In this document: positions 11,575 to 23,117 of the stretch, one piece after another | Layout of the letters: each line of letters opens with the position of its first letter | Position numbering within the stretch: the stretch's first letter is position 1 | NCBI GenBank assembly: GCA_034226945.1 | Contig: CP120463.1 | Span: 62,001-126,000 of the forward strand | Direction of reading: 5' to 3' | DNA: 64,000 nucleotides | Origin: Picochlorum sp. SENEW3 | Lineage: Eukaryota | Notes under the pieces: model-generated | What the model was told of the DNA's origin: nothing | The model's input: the letters and a program-made list of their open reading frames with translations, nothing else | The model's database searches: none | Position numbers and translations under genes: made by a program

Positions 11575-12017
11575 GCTGTATCCATGCCGAACAGCCTTGT
11601 GCCACTCAAGCAAGCTCAAGGGTACCCAATACAAGGCTACAGAACATGTATCCATACAATAGCTCTCAATACATATGACTTTGCATTATGGTATGCTGAA
11701 AGCAAAGGGAAATCAGCACATGCATCTATTCTTAATTCGAAAATGAAAAAACTTGAATTCTGCAGGTCGCGCCTCTTTCAAAGACATCGACAACTATCGG
11801 AAGTGGTACACAATGATGAGGATGACCACGGGCATCCTCAAGCTGAAATATATTCTTCATATATATTACAGCCTTATCAAGAGACGTGATTGATATTCGG
11901 AAAGGGTTGAAGCCGGTCTATTCGTTTATTCGAACACCTTTTTCTTTAGTCTTTTTTGGTTTTTGGGGTTACACGACTGCACTTGTGGGGTATCATGAGG
12001 TATATGATACGGATTCT

Positions 12018-14636
12018 ATGTGGAAGTACAAGAAAGGAGTTATAGTTGTAGTGTCGTTCGTCGGGGCCCTCCTGTTGGGGTTGGTCTTTCTCCCTGGGCA
12101 GCAGGGTGAGGGGTTCTTCTTTGGGCATGTTGATGAGTGGACGGCATCTTCGGGACATGGTTTCCGTGTTCAGGATTTTGCGAAAGGCATTGGATACAGT
12201 GCAATTGCGCTTGCCTTGGAGGGTCGTCCGTGCGATATCGACGAGGATGGAAGGTGGTCGATCGGCTTGTTTGCTGGCCCTTCTCCATTGAATTTGACTC
12301 CCATAGAGTCCTGGTCGCCACGATATGACGACGGCAGGTCGCGAGCGTGGCCGGTATCGAATCCTGTGTTGACATGTCAGCATCTCATGGCGAATCTGAA
12401 ATTGCATTCAAGCAGCGCATATGTGTCCGACCCTTTCATGTACAGCCCTGGAACAGAGGTTGTGCACAAGGCTGCCAGTCATGCTGAAGGACGAGAGGAA
12501 GAGGAGGCGGAAGAATGGGTTAGCACAGAGTCGGATGTACGTTTGCATAATAACAAGATTGCCGATGCAATACCAAAGCCATTGTATCTATTTTTTGCAA
12601 CCAAGAATGCCATCCGTGGCAAGGGGGAGATTGGGGTTGCACGGAGTGATTCCTCTGGCTCTTCTTGGAAGTACTTGGGGATCGCGTTGGCTGAAGATTG
12701 GTATCTTTCGTATCCATTCATTTTCGAATGGAATGGTGATGTGTACATGCTGCCTGAGGCAAGCAAATCCGGGAAATTGACTCTGTACAAGGCTATTGAG
12801 TTTCCCTTGGAATGGGAGGCTGTGTCAGTTCTCTTGGATTCTCCGGTCGTGAACCCATCTATTGTACAGTGGGAAGGCTTATGGTATTTATTTGTTACCG
12901 ATGATACATCGAAAGGAAGGAAAATGTCTGGTTCGGCGTCTGCAATCGAACTACACGTGTACCATGCAGAGACCCCACTGGGCCCATGGTCCTCTCATTT
13001 CCTGAATCCAGTCATGGTGGGCAATGAAGGATCTGGAGCCAGGATGGCGGGACGTGTCGTCCTTCAGGGAGACAAACTATATCGTTTTGGACAGGATTGC
13101 GCTGGTGTCTACGGGAGAGACGTTTTAGCGTTCCGAATTGATAGTTTGAGCCCTGGTGATTTTGTACAAAAACGTGTCAAGTTTCAAGCAGGGCGGGTGA
13201 GGAAAGGAGCAGGAGCTTGGAACAGCTTACGCCGACATCATGTAGATGTGATACAACTAGCTGATGGATCTTGGTTGGGTGCATTAGATGGAGATTACTC
13301 GGCTCCAACAACCATATCGAGGCCAAATAGATACAAACTGTACATATTGGTTTGCTCTGCAGCACTTGCCGTATTCGCCAGGAATCTGATCTACGGCACC
13401 CGTCGACATATGAACGCAATAGATAGCACTTCGCATTCTGTTAGAATACAGCTCAGGAGAACTCGTAGTAAGCAGATCTCCGAGGGCAAACTATACAATC
13501 AGGCCAGGAAGTTGTACCGCAGCCTTCGATTGACACTTTGGAAGCTTGGTAGCATGTTCCAGTCGACCAGAATCGATTTTGCGGATCCATTCTCCAGTAA
13601 AACAAAGGATTTAAAGTCTAGAAAATCAAGATCTAAGCTCGTGGCAGATAGATTCATAGGGGCTGCGATTATGGTTGGTATTGTGTATGGAACATTCGTT
13701 TTGATTGTGTGGACATGCCATCGCCAGTATTACGGTAGTATTCTGTCGAGAAATGTGGAACCCCACTTGTCTCGATTAATAGTGAATGGTACATTCAGTA
13801 CATATACTGTTGTCATCGAAAAAATTGACTCGCGTGTCCATATGAGAAAGAGCGATGCCGAAAAGATTTTGTACACACAGATTAAGAATTATGGCAAGTG
13901 CCCATCAACTGCAGAGGTCCTCGTCAATCATTCGCCCAAAGACAAGGGAGCTATGGAATACTTTCAAAAGAAGTTTCCATATTATCGACCATTGGCCGTG
14001 AACAACAGCCGCTTGTATGATATCAACTACAAAGTAACAACGCGCGCTGTTGTTGTGATTAAAGCTGGCATGATGCTCCCGTGCTCTGATGTAGAGGCAG
14101 CTTTTGCTGCGTGGAGATTGCAGCCCCATGCAATGTATGGAATAACTCCAGGATATGCAGAGCGATTTCAGAATTCGAGAATCGTTTTATGGGACGATCG
14201 AATAACCCATAGGAAGAAGCAGTTTAATCTCCTGCTTTCTGGAATGCTCTTGGTGGATTTTGACAAGATTCCATCACTGGTAAAGGGCCTTCCAGAGTAC
14301 CAATCCATCGATTCCATTATAAATCAGCATGGGGCGTGTGATGATGTGATTGTCTCGTTTGCTTGGAGAAGATACATCAACCAGGAGAATTCAAGAGCAA
14401 CTGAGGGTAGTGGCACCAAACAGGCATTAATCAACATGCGTCCAAAGAGAGCCATGGACCTCTTCTATAAACCTCGGATAGAACAGTCGCTTGTAGAAAC
14501 ACGAAATAAATGCATTAAAGAATTCTTGGAGAAAGATGAGTCTCTCTCTAAAGGAGAACAAGACCCCTTCCATCTTGCTAGAAGATGGTGGTCACCTCTC
14601 TGTGCTCTACCTGGCGGGGGCTGTGTATACTTGTAA
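12018..14636 (+). CDS. GINT1-like protein (N-terminal beta-propeller, transmembrane segments, degenerate GT64 domain)
   Basis: WSIGLFAGPSPLNLTPIE, AWPVSNPVLTC, YVSDPF, GEIGVARS, LSYPFIF, GARMAG, YRFGQDC, HHVDV. The C-terminal part resembles GT64 (NYGKCPSTAEVLV, TTRAVV, AFAAWR). Confidence 0.75.
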   Translation: MWKYKKGVIVVVSFVGALLLGLVFLPGQQGEGFFFGHVDEWTASSGHGFRVQDFAKGIGYSAIALALEGRPCDIDEDGRWSIGLFAGPSPLNLTPIESWSPRYDDGRSRAWPVSNPVLTCQHLMANLKLHSSSAYVSDPFMYSPGTEVVHKAASHAEGREEEEAEEWVSTESDVRLHNNKIADAIPKPLYLFFATKNAIRGKGEIGVARSDSSGSSWKYLGIALAEDWYLSYPFIFEWNGDVYMLPEASKSGKLTLYKAIEFPLEWEAVSVLLDSPVVNPSIVQWEGLWYLFVTDDTSKGRKMSGSASAIELHVYHAETPLGPWSSHFLNPVMVGNEGSGARMAGRVVLQGDKLYRFGQDCAGVYGRDVLAFRIDSLSPGDFVQKRVKFQAGRVRKGAGAWNSLRRHHVDVIQLADGSWLGALDGDYSAPTTISRPNRYKLYILVCSAALAVFARNLIYGTRRHMNAIDSTSHSVRIQLRRTRSKQISEGKLYNQARKLYRSLRLTLWKLGSMFQSTRIDFADPFSSKTKDLKSRKSRSKLVADRFIGAAIMVGIVYGTFVLIVWTCHRQYYGSILSRNVEPHLSRLIVNGTFSTYTVVIEKIDSRVHMRKSDAEKILYTQIKNYGKCPSTAEVLVNHSPKDKGAMEYFQKKFPYYRPLAVNNSRLYDINYKVTTRAVVVIKAGMMLPCSDVEAAFAAWRLQPHAMYGITPGYAERFQNSRIVLWDDRITHRKKQFNLLLSGMLLVDFDKIPSLVKGLPEYQSIDSIINQHGACDDVIVSFAWRRYINQENSRATEGSGTKQALINMRPKRAMDLFYKPRIEQSLVETRNKCIKEFLEKDESLSKGEQDPFHLARRWWSPLCALPGGGCVYL

Positions 14637-14682
14637 CATTACATCGTATGATTGAGAAACCATGGCTCAGATTCATACATCT

Positions 14683-15324
<642 letters not shown>

Positions 15325-15677
15325 TCACCAGGAAATGCGACTAATAAAAATGATACAGGAGGTAAAAGCGCTACTGGAGCCGAATATCCAATGGACTGTG
15401 ACAAGGCGTCTTCTGGTCAACGGAATGAAAACAACAACGGGGCCACGAACCCTTCTGTTTGGAAGAGATTGTAGGTTATATTTGTCGACGAGTATAAGAA
15501 ATAGAGAATTTATCACCGAAAAGGACGACAAGGGAATGCAGTATTGACACCCAATCTGATCCGCTCCGTTGACTCTGGGATCAGAAGAGATTGCTATAAT
15601 ATTAAATCAAGGAAGATGGCTCATTCATACATGTATTCATCTTCGATGGGTATGCATTTATTTATGTAATCCGTCTT

Positions 15678-16949
15678 TCACGTGCGCAGCAAGAGTCTGC
15701 ATTTGTTTTGTAACACTTCAATTCGTTCCAATTCAAACAGAGGGTCATGATTCTCACCACATAGTTGAAGAACCATGTCCAAACTCTCAATTGCCTTGTG
15801 ATATTCCTGACAGAAATACTGGCAAAGTGCCAGACGTATTGTTGATTCTATTGTGCCCTCCTGGAGTATATGCAGCTTCTCAGCTGCTGACAAGCACTTT
15901 TGCATATGATGCTGAGTTTCTGGTGATACTGTCCAGAAATCCCCCCTATTGCTCAGAAGAGGTCCTTTCTGTCCATCGTCGTATTCTACTTGCACTGAAA
16001 CATCCGAATATTCCCCCAGTGCGACATCCAGATCCAACGGAATGGCGAGCAATGGCTCTGGAGGACACTGCACCGCCAGACACCAATGGGTCAAGAGTAG
16101 CTGTAACAGAGTATCTTCTGCCATATCCTTCAGGGAGTCTGGTCGAAAAGGTACATCAACGTCGAATATCTCTGAAATTTCTTGGGCTGACATGAGACTT
16201 CCCTTTGCATATGGGTCAATCACAAACACTTCCCCTTGTGCACCCAGCCTTATTGTGTCATCCTTCGGCCACATGACCACATATGACCCTTCTTCTAGTG
16301 ACAGAGCATGCAGACTCAGCCCGCTCTCTTCAGCAACAATCATGTAGATGATGGCCAAGAGGATTGGAGAGCCTACACCAGAGTCAAGTACTCTCCGTAA
16401 CTGAAAGCTGCTCACATCTCCATACGATGCCATTCTTTTATATCCCTGCTGTTCATACAATACCTCATTAATTGCTGATACTAAATGGGTCGGATATTTA
16501 GCGACATAGTCGTCATATGATGATTGTGCCTTGCTGTACAAATCACCTTCAATATCCTGACACATGTCCATGAACAATTCTCTAATTCGAATCGAATAAT
16601 GCTTGATCAAAGACAGATCCCAGGTGCTCTTAAACAGCACGTCATCCCCTAGTGATCCGTCAGATGCCGTCTCCTCTAACGAAACAAGCATGCATAGCTT
16701 CAAGAGGTCGGTGTTGGACCATTCCACCTCTCCACCAGATTTCGCCTCCAGGTGCTCTATAATACTCGATTTGGCCCAGTTCAGGACATCCTGATCCGTT
16801 TCAGGCATATTGTCACGTGCATGACATACAGTTTCGTATCGATTGGGCAAACGTCTTCCTTGTGAACGAAAATTCGAACGACACCTGGGACACCTGCGAT
16901 TCGGGAGCAGTCTGGTACTATTCCAACAGATCCCTCCTGTTCCGAGCAT
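15678..16949 (-). CDS. SirB1/transglutaminase-like-core protein with TPR-like C-terminus, probably plastid-targeted
   Basis: AINEVLYEQQGYK, LRRVLDSGVGSPILLAIIYMIVA, VFVIDPYAKG. Start chosen at ATG 16949; upstream in-frame ATGs exist. Confidence 0.7.
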   Translation of the reverse strand: MLGTGGICWNSTRLLPNRRCPRCRSNFRSQGRRLPNRYETVCHARDNMPETDQDVLNWAKSSIIEHLEAKSGGEVEWSNTDLLKLCMLVSLEETASDGSLGDDVLFKSTWDLSLIKHYSIRIRELFMDMCQDIEGDLYSKAQSSYDDYVAKYPTHLVSAINEVLYEQQGYKRMASYGDVSSFQLRRVLDSGVGSPILLAIIYMIVAEESGLSLHALSLEEGSYVVMWPKDDTIRLGAQGEVFVIDPYAKGSLMSAQEISEIFDVDVPFRPDSLKDMAEDTLLQLLLTHWCLAVQCPPEPLLAIPLDLDVALGEYSDVSVQVEYDDGQKGPLLSNRGDFWTVSPETQHHMQKCLSAAEKLHILQEGTIESTIRLALCQYFCQEYHKAIESLDMVLQLCGENHDPLFELERIEVLQNKCRLLLRT

Positions 16950-17158
16950 TATAAAACTACATTTAATAGGTATGATTTTATAGACCACGGGCATCGGCCA
17001 GCGAGAGCGTGTAACAGACACGTTCCTTATTTTTGTTTTGAAATACTCCTCCGAGGACTTTTCAAATAAGGAGGCACTAGGACATTTCCATCCATTCAAT
17101 GTATAGAAATTCAACTTCATTTACTATATAGTAGGGGTACATGGTATAGGTGACGGGC

Positions 17159-18958
17159 ATGTCTGTTCGAGTAGAGGCCCTCCAACCTGGGGTTGGTTTC
17201 AAGTGTCCTGCCACGCCAAGACTGGCCATGTCTCAAAGAATGGCGGTGTTACCTAGAGAAACAGTTGTTATATATCATGCTTTAGATGGCTATATGCAGC
17301 CCCTTCGTAAGTACACACGACACCCGACAGCATTCACTCTTGGCAGAGAGAGGAGGAGAAACACGTGGCGTCATTGTTGTATGAGAGGCTCGCCACGACA
17401 AGATGCATGGGAAGATTGGTCTGATAGCCCTGATGTTCCACGAATTGATCATGTCCAGAGAGAAATCAAAAGCGATAGCGCAGGTGCTGTGTCATCAGAG
17501 GACAGGTTTGCACTGGCTGATTTAGCAGAGAGTATCCGTGGGTCTATGAGTGTTGAAGAGGAGGCAGCAGAAGCGAGGCGTCGAAAGGAATTATCATTGG
17601 ATTGTATTAAAGAGGATATGTATCCAATGGGGGCAAGGGAGAAGGTGTTTTTGGTGGGTGCAGCGTTGAAGTCTGCTCAGAAGAAATCATCCATTGGATA
17701 TGGCATTGTAGAGTCCTTGGAGGAACTCGGGAGACTGGCGGAGACAGCTGGCTTGGAAGTTGTGGGATATACATATCAGTTGTTGGATGATCCGAATCCA
17801 AGGACGTACGTGGGCACTGGGAAAGTAGGTGAAATTGCTCAGGCTGTTGAGGATACTGGTGCAGAGACTGTCGTGTTTGATGACGAACTCTCTCCTGGGC
17901 AGATGCGAAATTTAGAGAAAGCATTGGGTAAGAATATCCGATTATGTGATAGGACAGCTTTGATTTTAGATATCTTTTCCCAGAGGGCAGCGACGAGGGA
18001 AGGAAAGCTCCAGGTTGAATTGGCTCAAGCAGAATATCAGCTTCCTCGACTCACAAGAATGTGGAGTCATTTGGAAAGGCAGGCAGGTGGAGCTTCAGGC
18101 CAAGTGAAAGGTATGGGAGAAAAGCAGATTGAAGTGGATAGGAGATTGTTGAGGAATCAAGCAGCAAAATTACGTCGTCAGATTGAAGAAGTGAGAGGCC
18201 ACAGAAAAGCATACAGGGACCGAAGGGCAGCCGCCCCAATACCAGTTATTGCTCTTGTTGGATATACGAATGCCGGTAAATCGTCCTTGTTGAATACTTT
18301 GACACATGCGGGGGTCTTAGCTGAAGATAAATTATTTGCCACCCTTGATCCAACCACTCGGCGAGTCATCATGCCCGGTGGGCAGGAGGTGTTATTTAGT
18401 GACACGGTAGGGTTTATCCAGAAGCTTCCTACCCAATTAGTAGCAGCCTTCCGAGCTACATTAGAAGAAATCAAAGATGCGACGCTGTTGTTGCATATAG
18501 TTGACGCATCACACCCATCTGCTGCAGCTCAAGTTGATGCAGTCAATTCTGTGCTTGAGGACCTGGAAGTTAAAAATGTGCCCTCCCTTACCGTTTGGAA
18601 CAAAATAGATGCATGTGCGAATCCTGAGGCGGTGATGAATGTTGCTAGTAGAAGACAAGGGACCGTCTGTGTTTCCGCAACAGAAAACATTGGCATGGGT
18701 GACCTCATGGATGCCATTATGGAAAAGCTCCAAAAAGCTATGATCCCAATGTCTGTCCGCATTCCTTACAGCAAAGGAGATCTTGTGGACGAGATATACC
18801 GAGCAGGAGTTGTATTGCGCGAAGAATTTTCTGAAGAGGGAACAATCATGCAGGTTCATGTACCACCTCATATTGCAGGTAGATTAGAAGAGTACATTGA
18901 CGAAACAGCAGCATCGTCTTCTTCTTCCGCATCATATGACGAGTATTATTACTATTAA
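17159..18958 (+). CDS. hflX: GTPase HflX, organellar
   Basis: ESLEELGRLAETAG, VVFDDELSPGQMRNLE, DRTALILDIFSQRA, ALVGYTNAGKSSLLN, LFATLDPT, DTVGFI, NKID. Confidence 0.95.
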   Translation: MSVRVEALQPGVGFKCPATPRLAMSQRMAVLPRETVVIYHALDGYMQPLRKYTRHPTAFTLGRERRRNTWRHCCMRGSPRQDAWEDWSDSPDVPRIDHVQREIKSDSAGAVSSEDRFALADLAESIRGSMSVEEEAAEARRRKELSLDCIKEDMYPMGAREKVFLVGAALKSAQKKSSIGYGIVESLEELGRLAETAGLEVVGYTYQLLDDPNPRTYVGTGKVGEIAQAVEDTGAETVVFDDELSPGQMRNLEKALGKNIRLCDRTALILDIFSQRAATREGKLQVELAQAEYQLPRLTRMWSHLERQAGGASGQVKGMGEKQIEVDRRLLRNQAAKLRRQIEEVRGHRKAYRDRRAAAPIPVIALVGYTNAGKSSLLNTLTHAGVLAEDKLFATLDPTTRRVIMPGGQEVLFSDTVGFIQKLPTQLVAAFRATLEEIKDATLLLHIVDASHPSAAAQVDAVNSVLEDLEVKNVPSLTVWNKIDACANPEAVMNVASRRQGTVCVSATENIGMGDLMDAIMEKLQKAMIPMSVRIPYSKGDLVDEIYRAGVVLREEFSEEGTIMQVHVPPHIAGRLEEYIDETAASSSSSASYDEYYYY

Positions 18959-18962
18959 TGTA

Positions 18963-20021
18963 CTACACACATTGTCGCAAAGCATCACCTTGTCCTTGGA
19001 AAAACAAGAATGATAGGGCGAAATCAGCGATGAAAATCAACACAAGAGAAATGACTACAGCAGACGTGGTACTCTCACCCACACCTTTTGCTCCACCAGT
19101 CGTTGTATACCCCCACGAACAAGATACAACAGATATTATGGTACCAAACACCCAACATTTAATCATAGATGTGATGACGTCCCACGAAGCTATTGCTCGA
19201 GAGGCAGAATCCAAAATCACATTGGCAGACACATCATAGACAACATCTGCAAGAAATACAGATGCTGCAAGTCCCATGGTCAAACACAACAGATTCAAAA
19301 TGGGCCCAGCTACCATGCAGGCCAATACCCTAGGTGTGATCAGATAGTCTACAGGATCAGACCCAAGAACTCGGAGAGAATCTGTTTGTTCAGACACCTG
19401 CATCGTGCCCAGCTCTGCAGCAAACGCAGATCCCACCCTTCCTGCAAGAATAATAGATGTCACAACTGGCGTCAATTCTCGCGCCAGCGCCAACGCAAGC
19501 ACACCACCCACAGATTTGGTCAACCCGAGCTTTGCAAACTCTCTAATAAACTGAATAGTGAAAACCATGCCCACAAATGCTGACGTGAGCAGACACACCC
19601 CAAGAGACTTTGGGCCCACCAAATCCAACTGATCCAATGTATTCTTCCAATGCACCTTCCCCTGAAGAATCCGAACCATCACCTCTCCTCCAAGCACAAG
19701 AGCAGCCAACGTCCTCCATGCATACTTTGGAGGCTTTGAGTCCATGAAAAACTCCATAATCTTCCTTGCAGGACCATGCCATGACTCTGGCATAAGACTC
19801 GTCGCTGCAACAGCCACGTCCTCATCACCGCCAGATGTCGATGCTATGACTGACATTCTATGCATTGATCCCCATCCCTCCTCCACCACCCTTGAGCAAT
19901 CAGTCCATGACGAACGAGGCTGCCGTGACAACACCCTGTAGACAGGTACGCTCGTCTTCTTCGACTGGAGGATGCATCCTCGACGAGGCAATGAACACCT
20001 CAAATTCACCATTTTATACAT
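18963..20021 (-). CDS. TGD1: TGD1 / MlaE-type plastid lipid ABC permease
   Basis: VGPKSLGVCLLTSAFVGMVFTIQF, ARELTPVVTSIILAGRVGSAFAAELGTMQVSEQTDSLRVLG.DPVDYLITPR, GGAKGVGESTTSAVV. Confidence 0.95.
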   Translation of the reverse strand: MYKMVNLRCSLPRRGCILQSKKTSVPVYRVLSRQPRSSWTDCSRVVEEGWGSMHRMSVIASTSGGDEDVAVAATSLMPESWHGPARKIMEFFMDSKPPKYAWRTLAALVLGGEVMVRILQGKVHWKNTLDQLDLVGPKSLGVCLLTSAFVGMVFTIQFIREFAKLGLTKSVGGVLALALARELTPVVTSIILAGRVGSAFAAELGTMQVSEQTDSLRVLGSDPVDYLITPRVLACMVAGPILNLLCLTMGLAASVFLADVVYDVSANVILDSASRAIASWDVITSMIKCWVFGTIISVVSCSWGYTTTGGAKGVGESTTSAVVISLVLIFIADFALSFLFFQGQGDALRQCV

Positions 20022-20354
20022 GAATGAACTAGTATTACCCTGAATCGTCCTACAATCCACCACCAAGTTTCGAACTTCTGTAGTTATTTGGTATCGTGAG
20101 TGAAAACCTCAGTGTCTTAATGACGCCATGACCAAAAATCCATCCGATGCATGCACTAATTCATGTTATATATGTACCATGTTGTTGCTATTGTATCAAA
20201 ATCATTCAAAGGCCAACGAGGGGAGAATTTTTGGTTGTTTTATATTCTAATGAAGGAGAGTATCCCATCAACGGCACCGATCCTATCCCATCAACATGGA
20301 TAGGGACACGCATTGACAAACACAATGTCATAATAATAGTCTGAGCTGGAGGAG

Positions 20355-21389
20355 ATGACGTTGGTACAGAGCCCGAGAGTTTCCCTTGTCCACATTCCTT
20401 GTCAGTCTGCTTCCTTTTTGAAACAACCGCTAGGAAGAGGACCAGCCCACCTATTCAACAGGGATGTAGAGAGGAGAGTTTCATTATTGGTTGTTGCGTC
20501 GTCTGGAAGACAGCGCCAGGGATCTCAGAAGAAGAAGAAGAGCAAGAAGCAGAAGAAGCCACAGGTTGGGACTCTACAGAGTTCAACGGTCCTGCCGGAT
20601 TCTAGGGATGCTGCGGTCACGCAAGGTTCGGTAGCATTGAGAGTGGCAATAGATGCAGCGATCAAGGGGAGGGCAAGAGGGTTGGTGAAGAAGGAACCAT
20701 CACAGGTCATGGGTGGTGATAGGATCCAAGTAGATATCCCTGTGATGAGTGATTCGATGGAAGACATGGTGGAAGCTGCTAGAGAGCTTGTACAGTCTAG
20801 CACACGTAAGAATAATGTCATGTATGTCGTGCCACAACGAGACGGGTGTGGCAATGGTGTAGTTTCACTGCAGGATGCAGTGGATGTGGCAGGTGTCGAC
20901 ATTGTCATACTGATATCGCCAAAAACACGTGATGTAGAGCGTCTTGATGCGATACTCAATAGGCATGGATCCCAGGATGCTGTATTTGTGCTGCTCAATC
21001 CAGAGTGGTCTGCATCACAAGGAAATGTAGATGTAGATGGTGTACCAAACAAGTACATCGACCTGGTGAAAAGCTTTGAAGCAGCATATTGCTTCCTTCC
21101 TATCCTTGTCAAGCCATTAATGATGCCAAGTATGGAAGGAGTCGTGTACAGGAATCTTTCCTCGGATGGGGGCCATACCCACACACATGGTGAGGCAAGC
21201 AAGCCGTGGAAGGTATATCTGATGCAACCAGGGAAGACGGGATTTGACCTTGTCGGACAGATGAATACAAGACCCAGCAGTCAAGATGTGGAAAGCATCT
21301 TCTATAATGCGATTGCGGCATCACAGAAGAATCCCTTGGCAAAGAACATTAACAACTTGAAAAATCTCTTTGGCAGAAAGGAACAATAG
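20355..21389 (+). CDS. DUF1995-like plastid protein
   Basis: Transit peptide, then VFVLLNPEW, FEAAYCFLP, GVVYR...PWKVY, RPS pattern. Confidence 0.55.
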   Translation: MTLVQSPRVSLVHIPCQSASFLKQPLGRGPAHLFNRDVERRVSLLVVASSGRQRQGSQKKKKSKKQKKPQVGTLQSSTVLPDSRDAAVTQGSVALRVAIDAAIKGRARGLVKKEPSQVMGGDRIQVDIPVMSDSMEDMVEAARELVQSSTRKNNVMYVVPQRDGCGNGVVSLQDAVDVAGVDIVILISPKTRDVERLDAILNRHGSQDAVFVLLNPEWSASQGNVDVDGVPNKYIDLVKSFEAAYCFLPILVKPLMMPSMEGVVYRNLSSDGGHTHTHGEASKPWKVYLMQPGKTGFDLVGQMNTRPSSQDVESIFYNAIAASQKNPLAKNINNLKNLFGRKEQ

Positions 21390-21417
21390 AAATACAGTAA
21401 TATGCATCTTTTCTTTA

Positions 21418-22044
21418 TTATTTTCTCTTCTTCTGAACAAATTTGACGTCCAAAAGCCCGTCATCGTCATCATCATCACGCGACGATACGAGACTACTCA
21501 ACAATTGCTGCCCCTGTCCTAGTAGAGCCTCTGCTGTCACGTTGCTATCTTTGCTACTCCTCCGCGCTTTTCTATTCTTCTTACCCCTCTTCACGTTTGA
21601 CAAAGTACTGTTATACTCAGGAGTTTCCATTCCAAAGAGCTTGACCCACACATACGCCCCCAAAACCATTGTGCCAACTGTCAGAATCAGTGACAGCAGT
21701 CCTTTGACAAAGGACAAGACAACCAATACAATCCCACCCACAACAGCTCCTTTCACAACATTATATGACGTTGTCTCAGGGACAAACTGCATAGCGATAG
21801 CCGTCAATCCATCAGCAACCAACCCAACAGAAGCCAACGCTTGACGTGCAACATTTCCACGATTCTCTGTGTACATAACTCCGTCCCTTTGGTCCCATTC
21901 TTCCTCTCCATCAAATATAACGACATCTCTTTGTTTGCCCCGTCTCGAAGAAGATGAAGCCATGCACACGAGAGGCTTGCGCCTTGCCACAAGAATACCG
22001 TTGGTCAGTCCAACGGCGTGTTGTAGCCGTCCAGCGATTGCCAT
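21418..22044 (-). CDS. Hypothetical plastid membrane protein
   Basis: 208-aa ORF with a transit-peptide-like N-terminus and hydrophobic helices (GAVVGGIVLVVLSFVKGLLSLILTVGTMVLGAYVWV). Confidence 0.65.
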   Translation of the reverse strand: MAIAGRLQHAVGLTNGILVARRKPLVCMASSSSRRGKQRDVVIFDGEEEWDQRDGVMYTENRGNVARQALASVGLVADGLTAIAMQFVPETTSYNVVKGAVVGGIVLVVLSFVKGLLSLILTVGTMVLGAYVWVKLFGMETPEYNSTLSNVKRGKKNRKARRSSKDSNVTAEALLGQGQQLLSSLVSSRDDDDDDGLLDVKFVQKKRK

Positions 22045-22046
22045 GT

Positions 22047-23117
22047 TTACAGTATCTTTAATAATGGCACAATGGCATCATGGCCATGTTCCTTAGCGAT
22101 ATCGAGGGGAGATTCCCCACGAGAATTTGTAATGCTGGGATCTGCCCCATGCTGTAACAATGTTTTGACAACCTCCACATCCCCTTGCTTGACAGCCATA
22201 TGGAGGGCAGTGGACCCCCTGCCGACTCGATCGACAAATATTTCCAGTTCAAAGATTTGAGGGAGTGAGAGAGCCTGTCTCACCTCTCGCGACACCTGGG
22301 TAAAGGAATCATGAGCATCTGATGTGGCAGGAGTGCCCTCTTGTTCATTCACTAGTGCCCCCCTTTCAAGGAGCAATTCCACGAGATCCAGCTGTCCCCT
22401 CGCTGAAGCAATCATGAGTGGCGTCATACACCGAGCTGAGCGGAGCTCGAGTTCAGATCCAGAGTCGAGCAATAGTTTGGCAATATACGTGTCTCCATTG
22501 TTGACAGCAACATGGAGTGGGCAGGTACCAAATACATTGTTGCTGAGATTCACATCGGCACCTCGACGAATCAGCATGGCTGCAAGATCTCTATATCCCC
22601 CACTCACAGCAAAGATGAGGGCTGTAAAGCCGAATCTTTGCCTATGATTAATGTCAGCGCCCAAATCCAAGAGTCGCTCCACTAGCGGTACTGGTGCATT
22701 TGCATGTGCAGATAAAAGCAGGCAGGTGCCCTCAGTCGCGTTCTCCAGATGAATATTAGCATTCTTGTCCAGTAAGATGTCGCAGATGGACAGTTTCAAA
22801 AATATGCATGCGTACATGAGACTCGTCCACCCATCAGCATCCTGACAGTCTACATCAGCTCCGACATCGAGTAGATACCGCACCACCTCCTCCTGACCAG
22901 ATTTGCTAGCAACAATCAAAGGAGTGGCTCCATGTGGATCACGTGCATCGACATCGATGCCCAATTCTTCCACACACTCCTTCACCCTGTTGAGGTCCCC
23001 ATCTGCTGAAGCTTGCCACACAGTTTTTGCTGCATAATCACGAGCATATAGGTGATCAATACATTTACCAAGATCGTATAGAAGATATGAAACGTACGTT
23101 TGGGAGGTGACAAACAT
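22047..23117 (-). CDS. Ankyrin-repeat protein; 5' end uncertain
   Basis: Multiple ankyrin motifs: GATPLIVAS, GWTSLMYAC, GFTALIFAV, TCPLHVAV, MTPLMIAS, GSTALHMAV, GESPLDIA. Confidence 0.9.
   Translation of the reverse strand: MFVTSQTYVSYLLYDLGKCIDHLYARDYAAKTVWQASADGDLNRVKECVEELGIDVDARDPHGATPLIVASKSGQEEVVRYLLDVGADVDCQDADGWTSLMYACIFLKLSICDILLDKNANIHLENATEGTCLLLSAHANAPVPLVERLLDLGADINHRQRFGFTALIFAVSGGYRDLAAMLIRRGADVNLSNNVFGTCPLHVAVNNGDTYIAKLLLDSGSELELRSARCMTPLMIASARGQLDLVELLLERGALVNEQEGTPATSDAHDSFTQVSREVRQALSLPQIFELEIFVDRVGRGSTALHMAVKQGDVEVVKTLLQHGADPSITNSRGESPLDIAKEHGHDAIVPLLKIL

Noticed and set aside
15569..16195. 208-aa plus-strand ORF (and similar shadow ORFs such as 20525-21202)
   Set aside because: Antisense shadows of well-supported genes.
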